Shown here piece after piece: positions 1-7,644 of a DNA stretch of 48,171 bases. The stretch is from Ferruginibacter sp. Lineage in GTDB: Bacteria > Bacteroidota > Bacteroidia > Chitinophagales > Chitinophagaceae. Made by a program: the position numbers and the translations under genes. The notes beneath the pieces were generated by a model. That model worked only from the letters and a program-made list of their open reading frames with translations. It was not told the origin of the DNA and ran no database searches. The stretch lies in the NCBI GenBank assembly GCA_040003485.1, contig JBDUCK010000001.1, forward strand, positions 1-48,171, in the 5' to 3' direction. Every line of letters starts with the position of its first letter. Within the stretch, counting starts at the first letter, position 1.

Positions 1-1210
1 GGGTTGCATGTAATGCATCATCTACACGATCTTTCTTTTCTTTCATTTCCAGTTCGGTAGCAGCACCTACATAAAGAACCGCAACACCACCAGCTAACTT
101 AGCCAGGCGTTCCTGTAATTTTTCTTTATCGTAATCTGAAGTGGTATTTTCTACCTGGGCTTTAATCTGGTTTACACGGGCAACAATATCTTTCTTTACG
201 CCTTTGCCACCAATCACAGTGGTATTATCTTTATCAATTGTTACAGAAGATGCCTGGCCAAGTACGGCAAGCTCTACACCTTCCAGTTTGTTGCCTAGTT
301 CTTCGCTAATAACTTCACCACCGGTAAGTATAGCAATATCAGTAAGCATTTCTTTACGGCGATCACCAAAGCCAGGAGCTTTTACAGCTGCTACTTTAAT
401 GGTGCCACGTAATTTGTTTACCACCAATGTTGCCAGGGCTTCACCTTCCAGGTCTTCAGCAATGATCAATAAAGGGCGGCTGCTTTGAGCAACTTTCTCC
501 AGTATATGAAGAATGTCTTTCATAGCAGAAACCTTTTTATCATATATTAAGATGTAAGGATTTTGTAATTCCACCTGCATTTTTTCACTGTTGGTTACAA
601 AATACGGGCTGATATAACCACGATCAAATTGCATACCTTCTACAATGTCAACAGTAGTATCAGTTCCTTTTGCTTCTTCTACAGTAATAACACCTTCTTT
701 ACCTACTTTACCAAAAGCTTCTGCAATCAGTTTACCAATTGTTTCGTCGTTGTTGGCAGAAATAGTGGCTACCTGCTGAATTTTTTTGCTATCATTTCCA
801 ACAGTCTGGCTTTGGCTTCTTAAGTTTTCAACAACCAAAGAAACTGCTTTATCAATACCACGTTTTAGATCCATTGGATTTGCACCGGCTGCTACCATTT
901 TAAGGCCTTCGCTTATGATTGACTGCGCCAATACGGTTGCAGTAGTAGTACCATCACCTGCAATGTCAGCAGTTTTAGAAGCTACTTCTTTTACCATTTG
1001 TGCGCCCATGTTTTCAATAGCGTCATCCAGTTCTATTTCTTTTGCAACCGTTACACCATCTTTAGTAACCTGTGGTGCACCAAATTTCTTTTCTATAACT
1101 ACGTTGCGGCCTTTGGGTCCAAGCGTTACTTTTACGGCGTTGGCTAAAGTATCAACGCCCTTTTTCATTTTATTCCTTGCTTCTATATCGAAGAAAATCA
1201 TTTTAGACAT
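1..1210 (-). CDS. groL: Chaperonin GroEL (Cpn60); 3' end runs off the window start
   Basis: Manual translation from ATG at 1210: [46 protein letters not shown], with GDGTTT motif; lies downstream of groES. Not in the ORF track because the stop is outside the window. Confidence 0.98.
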   Translation of the reverse strand, partial: MSKMIFFDIEARNKMKKGVDTLANAVKVTLGPKGRNVVIEKKFGAPQVTKDGVTVAKEIELDDAIENMGAQMVKEVASKTADIAGDGTTTATVLAQSIISEGLKMVAAGANPMDLKRGIDKAVSLVVENLRSQSQTVGNDSKKIQQVATISANNDETIGKLIAEAFGKVGKEGVITVEEAKGTDTTVDIVEGMQFDRGYISPYFVTNSEKMQVELQNPYILIYDKKVSAMKDILHILEKVAQSSRPLLIIAEDLEGEALATLVVNKLRGTIKVAAVKAPGFGDRRKEMLTDIAILTGGEVISEELGNKLEGVELAVLGQASSVTIDKDNTTVIGGKGVKKDIVARVNQIKAQVENTTSDYDKEKLQERLAKLAGGVAVLYVGAATELEMKEKKDRVDDALHAT

Positions 1211-1221
1211 AAAGTATTAAT

Positions 1222-1324
1222 TTGCTAATTGGCTAATTCGAAAATTTGCTAATTGATGATTTAAAATTATTGTTTGATTATTGAAGTTTCATTGGCTGAC
1301 TAGCATAGCTAATTAGCTAATTGC
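1222..1324. repeat. Short octamer tandem repeats in inverted arrangement in the groES-groEL spacer
   Basis: Left arm TTGCTAAT TGGCTAAT TCGAAAAT TTGCTAAT (1222-1253); right arm carries ATTAGCTA-like units (1291-1324), the reverse complement of the left unit. Confidence 0.6.
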
Positions 1325-1326
1325 TT

Positions 1327-1608
1327 CTATACTATTGCCAGTATATCGCTTTCTCTCATAATAAGATAATCTACACCTTCCACAGTGAGTTCTGTTCCTG
1401 CATATTTACCATACAATACAGTATCGCCGGCTTTCACAGTAACCGGTTCGTCAACTTTGCCGGGACCGGCTGCTAATACAACACCTCTCTGGGGTTTTTC
1501 TTTAGCGGTATCAGGAATGATAATTCCGCCGGCAGTTTTCTCTTCAGCCGCAGCAGGTTTCACAATTACCCGGTCATGAAGAGGAGTAATGTTTAACTTT
1601 TTTGCCAT
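1327..1608 (-). CDS. groS: Co-chaperonin GroES (Cpn10)
   Basis: [24 protein letters not shown] and YGKYAGTE motifs; adjacent to groEL. Confidence 0.99.
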   Translation of the reverse strand: MAKKLNITPLHDRVIVKPAAAEEKTAGGIIIPDTAKEKPQRGVVLAAGPGKVDEPVTVKAGDTVLYGKYAGTELTVEGVDYLIMRESDILAIV

Positions 1609-1667
1609 AATCTATGTTTTGATTTAGTGTAAAATAAATAACCCTTTTTTTGGGTATGCGAAGGTAC

Positions 1668-1682
1668 TCCAATTTCGTACCA
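1668..1682 (-). promoter_or_regulatory. Putative sigma54-type -24/-12 promoter of groES-groEL
   Basis: Minus strand TGGTACGAAATTGGA (GG-N10-GA) versus consensus TGGCACGNNNNTTGC, 60 nt upstream of the groES ATG. Confidence 0.5.
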
Positions 1683-1810
1683 AAGCATTTAAAAGAATTC
1701 TTGACAGGTTATGCGCCATGTATGTCAGTAATTTAAAAGGATGTTTAAGACAATTTTGCACATAGTTAAATTTTGGGCTGTCTACATTAGTGTAAATATT
1801 AGCAGCGGTT

Positions 1811-1883
1811 CCGGCTGTTCGCTGTAGCCCTCGTGCCTCGGGGCTGCCGCTTCCCTGCCCGTTCCGTTCAGGCGGGCATCCGG
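1811..1883 (+). ncRNA. GC-rich structured repeat, Flavo-1-like RNA/REP element, with a nested palindromic insert (1854-1876)
   Basis: CCGGCTGTTCGCTGTAGCCC-hairpin-GGGCTGCCGCTTC[insert]CATCCGG; related copy at 41247-41300. The Flavo-1 resemblance is from memory and was not searched. Confidence 0.5.
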
Positions 1884-2005
1884 CATCCCTTCAGCAGTAA
1901 AACATTTATCAGCAAATAAAACATATTGCTAGGAAGGCCTGAAGGCAGAAAGCATTTATAAAAATTTCTTTTAACGCCTCATCGCCTTTCCGGCAAAATA
2001 AACCT

Positions 2006-2013
2006 TAATTTTG
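2006..2013 (+). promoter_or_regulatory. Bacteroidota primary-sigma -7 element for the nusB operon
   Basis: TAATTTTG matches TAnnTTTG, 25 nt before the nusB start. Confidence 0.65.
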
Positions 2014-2038
2014 CCCACTTAAATAAAGTTCTTTAGAG

Positions 2039-2974
2039 ATGATAAGCAGAAGAAATATACGTGTGAAAGTGATGCAGACATTATACACAATTGATAGTAT
2101 GAATGGGGAAACCAAGCCCGGAGAACCGGTTCTTATCCTTACAAAAAAAATCGAAGAAACAAGATTACTTTTTACTTACCTGGTATATTTTATTACAGAA
2201 GTAGCCCGCTATGCAGAGAAAGATGCTCAGCAAAAAGCCAATAAACATTTACCGACGGCTGCTGACCTGGTAATAAATACCAAATTGGCCGGCAACGAGA
2301 TCTTGTGGAAGATATTAGAAGACACCGCCTTTAAAGCGACCGTTTCCAATGCCAAACTCGTACATTTTTTAGATACGGATCTATTAAAAAAAACTTACCA
2401 GGAGCTGGTGCTTACACCGCATTACCAGGAATATATCAGTGAGCAATCCCGGGACAGGAAGAGTGAAAAGAAAATGCTTGACTTTATTTTCACCAACCTG
2501 ATGCTGCCCAACGAAAATTTTATCAGTCACCTGGAAGAACATTTTATTAACTGGGATGATGACGCAGAAATGATGGAATCGATGGTCTTGAATTTTTTAA
2601 ACAAGCCGGCACAGCAGAATTTTTATGAAATTCTAAGCAAAGAAAAATGGGAATTTGCAAAGAGCCTTTTATTAACCGTGCTTGATAAGCCAGACCAAAC
2701 CCTGGAACTTATAAAACCCAAATTAAAAAACTGGGATGCGGACCGGATTGCAGCGCTTGATCTAATTCTATTGCAAATGGGTGTTTGCGAATTTTTATAT
2801 TTTGAAACCATCCCGACTAAAGTCACTATAAATGAATATATAGATCTTGCCAAAGCATACAGCACTTCTCAAAGCGGGCAATTTGTAAATGGTTTGCTGG
2901 ACAATATTCATAAAGAACTGACAGCAGAAAATAAAATTGAAAAAAGAAATTTTAAAGACAGTACTGTTAATTAA
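2039..2974 (+). CDS. nusB: Transcription antitermination factor NusB (long Bacteroidota form)
   Basis: N-terminal SRRNIRVKVMQTLY; C-terminal WDADRIA, IPTKVTINEYIDLAKAYS and FVNGLLD motifs. Confidence 0.95.
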   Translation: MISRRNIRVKVMQTLYTIDSMNGETKPGEPVLILTKKIEETRLLFTYLVYFITEVARYAEKDAQQKANKHLPTAADLVINTKLAGNEILWKILEDTAFKATVSNAKLVHFLDTDLLKKTYQELVLTPHYQEYISEQSRDRKSEKKMLDFIFTNLMLPNENFISHLEEHFINWDDDAEMMESMVLNFLNKPAQQNFYEILSKEKWEFAKSLLLTVLDKPDQTLELIKPKLKNWDADRIAALDLILLQMGVCEFLYFETIPTKVTINEYIDLAKAYSTSQSGQFVNGLLDNIHKELTAENKIEKRNFKDSTVN

Positions 2975-2985
2975 ACAAGCATTTT

Positions 2986-3429
2986 ATGTTGAAAAGAATA
3001 TTTTTATTCGGCGCTATAAGCCTGGTACTTGTTAGCTGCGATGTACGCAAAAAAGATACGCAGGCCAATTTAAAAGGTACAGAGCAACCAGTAATAAATA
3101 AAGACCCTACCACGGTTCAGATAATTGACAGCGCTTACAATTTTGGACAGGTAACAGAAGGCGATATTGTAGAATACAATTACCGTTTTAAAAACACCGG
3201 CACCAAACCGCTGGTTATTACAACCACTGCTGCAAGTTGTGGCTGCACCGTACCCGAAAAGCCCGAGCAGCCTGTATTGCCAGGGGAAATTGGTTTTATA
3301 AAAGTAAAATTTAATAGTGAGCATCGGGTGGGCCAAACACATAAAACCGTTACTGTTGGCTCTAATGCAGAGCCTGGTTTTCCGGAACTGGTTTTAACTG
3401 GTGAGGTAAAAGAAAAATCTAAAGAGTAG
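2986..3429 (+). CDS. DUF1573-domain lipoprotein (Ig-like fold)
   Basis: Lipobox LVSC; FKNTGTKPLVI and ASCGCTVP motifs; usual position between nusB and yajC. Confidence 0.88.
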   Translation: MLKRIFLFGAISLVLVSCDVRKKDTQANLKGTEQPVINKDPTTVQIIDSAYNFGQVTEGDIVEYNYRFKNTGTKPLVITTTAASCGCTVPEKPEQPVLPGEIGFIKVKFNSEHRVGQTHKTVTVGSNAEPGFPELVLTGEVKEKSKE

Positions 3430-3505
3430 CGTACCCTTACCTTTTTCACGAAGGGAAGATTAAAAAGAAATAAATTTTTTCAGTTATTAATTTAAACAAC
3501 AACAC

Positions 3506-3838
3506 ATGCAATTATTAAGTATTTTTCTTCAGTCTCCAGCCGGAAGCAGCACCACCACTTTATTTATGATGGGTGGAATGATATTGGTATTTTATTTCTT
3601 TATGATAAGACCGCAGGCAAAAAAGGCAAAAACACAAAAAGCCTTTATCAGCAATATGCAGAAAGGGGATAAAATTGTAACCATTGCCGGTATACACGGT
3701 ACCATAAATAAAGTAAATGATGATGGCACCATTATGCTGGAAACCAGCCCGGGCAGTTACATCAAAATAGAAAGAAGTGCGATCAGTATGGAGTGGACAG
3801 CTAATATAAACAAGCCAGCTGAAGAAGCAAAGAAATAA
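3506..3838 (+). CDS. yajC: Preprotein translocase subunit YajC
   Basis: FYFFMIRPQ and KGDKIVTIAGIHGTI motifs. Confidence 0.96.
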   Translation: MQLLSIFLQSPAGSSTTTLFMMGGMILVFYFFMIRPQAKKAKTQKAFISNMQKGDKIVTIAGIHGTINKVNDDGTIMLETSPGSYIKIERSAISMEWTANINKPAEEAKK

Positions 3839-3843
3839 ACGGG

Positions 3844-3954
3844 TGTATGATTTATGATGGCTGATGTGAGAATTTTTATTTGATTACCTTACCAAGGTGT
3901 AGGTAAATAATACATCCTAAATCTTAAATCTTACATCTTAATCACACGTCATAA
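3844..3954. repeat. Heptamer tandem repeats in inverted arms around a central hairpin
   Basis: Left TGTATGA TTTATGA TGGCTGA TGTGAGA; centre TTACCT..AGGTAA; right ATCCTAA ATCTTAA ATCTTAC ATCTTAA TCACACG TCATAAA. Confidence 0.6.
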
Positions 3955-3966
3955 ATAAAATTGAGT

Positions 3967-4560
3967 ATGCTTCGCATAGGGCTTACAGGTGGCATTGGTA
4001 GCGGTAAAACTACAGTTGCTAAAATATTTGAAGTCCTTTCTGTTCCTGTTTATTATGCTGATGATGCTGCTAAAAGAATAATGAATGAGGATGAAGATTT
4101 AAAGCAGCAGATCATTGAGCATTTTGGCCTTGATGCCTATATTAATGGGCAACTAAACCGCTCCCACCTCTCTGCAATTGTATTTGACAACCCCGAGAAA
4201 TTAACGTTGCTCAATTCCCTGGTACACCCGGTTACGATTGCAGATGCAGACAAATGGATGCAACAGCAAACTACACAATATATCATTAAAGAGGCGGCGT
4301 TGATGTTTGAAACTGAGGCATACAAACATGTAGACTATGTGATAGGGGTATCTGCGCCGGAAGAGCTTCGTATTCATCGTACCACCCGTAGAGATAATAC
4401 AACTGAAGCCGCAGTAGCAGCCAGGATGAATAAGCAAATGGATGAAACAAAAAAACTGGAACGTTGCGATTTTATAATAAACAATGATGAAACTATTTTG
4501 CTGATACCGCAGGTGTTGCAACTTCATCAAAAATTTTCTTTTCTCCTTCAAAAAAAGTAA
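3967..4560 (+). CDS. coaE: Dephospho-CoA kinase
   Basis: IGLTGGIGSGKTTV P-loop, LNSLVHP, DFIINND; ATG at 3967 preferred over TTG at 3961. Confidence 0.96.
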   Translation: MLRIGLTGGIGSGKTTVAKIFEVLSVPVYYADDAAKRIMNEDEDLKQQIIEHFGLDAYINGQLNRSHLSAIVFDNPEKLTLLNSLVHPVTIADADKWMQQQTTQYIIKEAALMFETEAYKHVDYVIGVSAPEELRIHRTTRRDNTTEAAVAARMNKQMDETKKLERCDFIINNDETILLIPQVLQLHQKFSFLLQKK

Positions 4561-4563
4561 TTT

Positions 4564-4923
4564 ATGGAAAGCGTAAATATTGCTCAAAAGTTTTCTTTAT
4601 TTAATGATTATTGCAACCCGAGAATTATTGGAGAACTGAATGGCCAGCATGTAAAGGCTGTAAAATTAAACGGAGAATTCGTTTGGCATAAACATGATGA
4701 AGAGGATGAAATGTTCCTGGTGATGAAAGGTGAATTTAGAATGGCATTCCGGGATAAAACCGTAGCAGTAAAAGAAGGTGAATTTTTAATTGTGCCCCGG
4801 GGCATAGAACATAAGCCCATGGCTGAAGAAGAAGTGCATATTCTTTTATTTGAACCTGCAACTACTTTAAATACGGGTAATACGCAAAACGAATTTACCA
4901 AAACGCACCTGGAAAAATTATAG
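4564..4923 (+). CDS. Cupin-domain protein
   Basis: GEFVWHKHDEEDEMFLV and IVPRGIEHKP cupin metal motifs. Confidence 0.9.
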   Translation: MESVNIAQKFSLFNDYCNPRIIGELNGQHVKAVKLNGEFVWHKHDEEDEMFLVMKGEFRMAFRDKTVAVKEGEFLIVPRGIEHKPMAEEEVHILLFEPATTLNTGNTQNEFTKTHLEKL

Positions 4924-4965
4924 CCTCTTGCCACTGATTTTCTCTGCGAATCTGCGGAAGCAATT

Positions 4966-6159
4966 TTAGGCCAAAGCTGCGAGTGCATCTTTAATTTTCT
5001 TCATTCCTTTTTCAATATTTTCTTCGCTGTTGGCAAATGAAAGCCTTATGCAATCAGGCTCACCAAAAGCCTTGCCGCTAACACTGGAAACATGGGCATC
5101 GTTTAATAAGTACATACACAATTCATCAGCATCATTAATTACATTTCCATCGGCAGTTTTTTTGCCAAAATAAACATGCACATCGGGGAAGATGTAGAAA
5201 GCTCCCGGCGGTTCACTGCAAACCACTCCCGGAATTTTATTTACCAGTTCCATAATAATCTGCCGGCGTTTTTTAAATGCCGCCACCATGCTTTCTGTAG
5301 GTTTTAAATCACCGGTCAGTGCGGTTATGGCTGCCCGTTGGGCAATAGAGTTAGGGCCGCTTGTGAACTGTCCCTGTATCTTCTCGCAGGCTTTTGCTAT
5401 TTCAAGCGGAGCCGCAATATAACCCAGTCTCCAACCAGTCATGGCAAAGGCTTTACTTAATCCATTGATCAGTATAACCCGCTCTTTTAAAAAATCAAAC
5501 TGTGCAATACTCTCATGTTTCCCGGTAAAATTTATGTGCTCATAAATTTCATCACTCATGATAAAGACCTGCGGGTATTTTTTAAAAATTTCAGCAAGTG
5601 CTGCCAGTTCTTCTTTGCTATACAATGCACCGCTGGGGTTGCATGGCGAAGAAAACATGAATAGTTTTGTTTTCTCTGTAATAGCCGCTTCCAGTTCTGC
5701 AGGCGTAATTTTATAGCCGTGCTCAAAAGACGTTTTTACAATTTTTACAATACCTCCGGCAAGCCGTACAATTTCACTATACGTAACCCAATATGGGGTT
5801 GGTATAATCACTTCATCACCGACATCTACAATGCTAAGCACTGTATTAGCAATACTTTGCTTGGCGCCGGTACTGGCCACTATCTGTTCCGGCGTGTAAT
5901 GCAAACCGTTATCTCTTAATAATTTTGTACATATCGCCTGCCTTAATTCTAAATAGCCGGATACCGGTGTATAATGGCTGTAATTATCGTCTATGGCTTT
6001 TTTCGCAGCTTCTTTAATATGATCGGGTGTATCAAAATCGGGTTCTCCCAAACTAAGGTCGGTAATGTCAATTCCCCTGGCCCTTAACTCACGGCCAAGT
6101 TTGGCCATCTTAAGTGTTTCGGGTTCATTAAACCGGGAGAGTAAAGAAGACAACTGCAT
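4966..6159 (-). CDS. aspC: PLP-dependent class I/II aminotransferase (aspartate aminotransferase-like)
   Basis: LGEPDF, SPCNPSG, SDEIYE and SKAFAMTGWRLGY motifs. Confidence 0.9.
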   Translation of the reverse strand: MQLSSLLSRFNEPETLKMAKLGRELRARGIDITDLSLGEPDFDTPDHIKEAAKKAIDDNYSHYTPVSGYLELRQAICTKLLRDNGLHYTPEQIVASTGAKQSIANTVLSIVDVGDEVIIPTPYWVTYSEIVRLAGGIVKIVKTSFEHGYKITPAELEAAITEKTKLFMFSSPCNPSGALYSKEELAALAEIFKKYPQVFIMSDEIYEHINFTGKHESIAQFDFLKERVILINGLSKAFAMTGWRLGYIAAPLEIAKACEKIQGQFTSGPNSIAQRAAITALTGDLKPTESMVAAFKKRRQIIMELVNKIPGVVCSEPPGAFYIFPDVHVYFGKKTADGNVINDADELCMYLLNDAHVSSVSGKAFGEPDCIRLSFANSEENIEKGMKKIKDALAALA

Positions 6160-6190
6160 ACATTTATTTTATTGTGAGGCGCAAAAATAC

Positions 6191-7528
6191 TTATTTATCG
6201 TATGTGAATAATACTGGAGACAGATCAGGCAAAAAATTTTTTTTGCGTTTTGCTTCAAAATCATACAGCGCCTGCCCAAGATTTTTCATAAATGGATAAC
6301 CAATAGTATCATAATCATATTTATCATCATTCAGTATCTCATCTTTATTACTGTAAATAGCCGCAGATACCATGAATTCAATTTTCTTTTCAAAGTCCAC
6401 TACATAAGCTACATCAATCACCTGGCCATAGGCATCCCCTACTTTATTAAATATCCGGATGTTCTTAGGCAAGGCACCTGGTGATGACCCATATAAAATA
6501 AATTTACAATACGCATCATTATAGCTGCTGTCGTAGGATGGATAAATCGATTCCCCTGGAAAGGATGACATATATTTTAAAACAAAATTCCTGTCATCAT
6601 CCGTAATATTAAACCGTTGCGAAGCCTTTACTTTTTGTGGAAAAATAAGGCTGGTCAAAATCGTGTGCAGATCTTCCAGGCTCAACCTGTTCTTTTTTGA
6701 AAAATTCATTGGCTTGTTTTGTAACACCCCGTTACTATAATATCCCTTACCTATAGAATCATTTCTTTTATCATACTGTATGGTATTATACTGCATGGGT
6801 TGGCTATAAATAAGACTGCTATTGTTGTCGTAAAAGCTAACCGGGTTGGTGTGGCGGTTTTCATCTTCACTCAAAAATATTTCCAGCCTGTGAAGAACCT
6901 GGGCATCAGTGTATCCTTTTTTATGCAGCTCTGTATTAATATATTCCTGCCCCAAAAATTCATACAAGCGGTTAAAGGCATCATTGTCGCTCACTAATAA
7001 TATTTTTTTAATGTATTGCGCAATGGTTGGTTTCCCGTCTGTTGCATTAGGATCATTATATACTGCTGTTTGCCCGCTGTAAGCAGCCTGCGTTATCATG
7101 GTAGTGTTTTTGTCAATACCTTTTTCTTTTAATTCATTCAGTTTTTGCAAAGCCAATAGTGACGTAGGAAACTTAACCGTAGAAGCAGGATAAAAATACC
7201 GGGCATTTGTTTTATTAAAATAAAAATTCTTGAATGCCGGTATGCCGTTTTTACCTCTATTTATTTGGGTGTAAATGATTTGTACATTCCATTCTTTTTT
7301 ATTTGCAAGGATGCTGTCAAATTTGCCTGGATAGTTTTTAAAGAGATTGTCAAAAAAAATATCATCCATATTTTTTAATGAATTTTTTGCTTTGGCAAGT
7401 GAATCTGTAACCTGTGTATTGCTTTTAGCCCGGTTTGCAGGTGCCTGTACCTGCTTTGTTGAGGAGCAGGACATAACAGAAATAATAAAAAATATTATAC
7501 TAAATAGCCGGTAAACTGTAAAATTCAT
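6191..7528 (-). CDS. Serine hydrolase lipoprotein, class A beta-lactamase-like fold
   Basis: Lipobox VMSC; SxxK (PASTVK), SDN and KVG motifs in canonical order. Start placed at the ATG of MNFTV. Confidence 0.8.
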   Translation of the reverse strand: MNFTVYRLFSIIFFIISVMSCSSTKQVQAPANRAKSNTQVTDSLAKAKNSLKNMDDIFFDNLFKNYPGKFDSILANKKEWNVQIIYTQINRGKNGIPAFKNFYFNKTNARYFYPASTVKFPTSLLALQKLNELKEKGIDKNTTMITQAAYSGQTAVYNDPNATDGKPTIAQYIKKILLVSDNDAFNRLYEFLGQEYINTELHKKGYTDAQVLHRLEIFLSEDENRHTNPVSFYDNNSSLIYSQPMQYNTIQYDKRNDSIGKGYYSNGVLQNKPMNFSKKNRLSLEDLHTILTSLIFPQKVKASQRFNITDDDRNFVLKYMSSFPGESIYPSYDSSYNDAYCKFILYGSSPGALPKNIRIFNKVGDAYGQVIDVAYVVDFEKKIEFMVSAAIYSNKDEILNDDKYDYDTIGYPFMKNLGQALYDFEAKRKKNFLPDLSPVLFTYDK

Positions 7529-7601
7529 AAGCACTAATTTAACTGCAAAGTGGGTAAATTTTTAAATAAAACCAACCTCAATCTACAATACCTTTTTCCC
7601 C

Positions 7602-7609
7602 TATCTTTG
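7602..7609 (+). promoter_or_regulatory. -7 promoter element for secDF
   Basis: TATCTTTG followed by CAC, matching TAnnTTTG. Confidence 0.7.
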
Positions 7610-7644
7610 CACACTTATAAAATTTAATAAAACTCAAAATTAAC

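Noticed and set aside
141-1579. Plus-strand ORFs at 141-488, 629-823, 786-1220 and 1385-1579
   Set aside because: Antisense shadows of groEL and groES with no recognisable motifs.
4564-4923. Cupin has YCNP where I expected a Trp (YWxP)
   Set aside because: Single substitution with intact metal motifs; no basis for a claim.
4924-4965. Weak CCACTGATT..AATCTGCGG hairpin between convergent genes
   Set aside because: Short and imperfect; cannot be told apart from a simple terminator-like stem.
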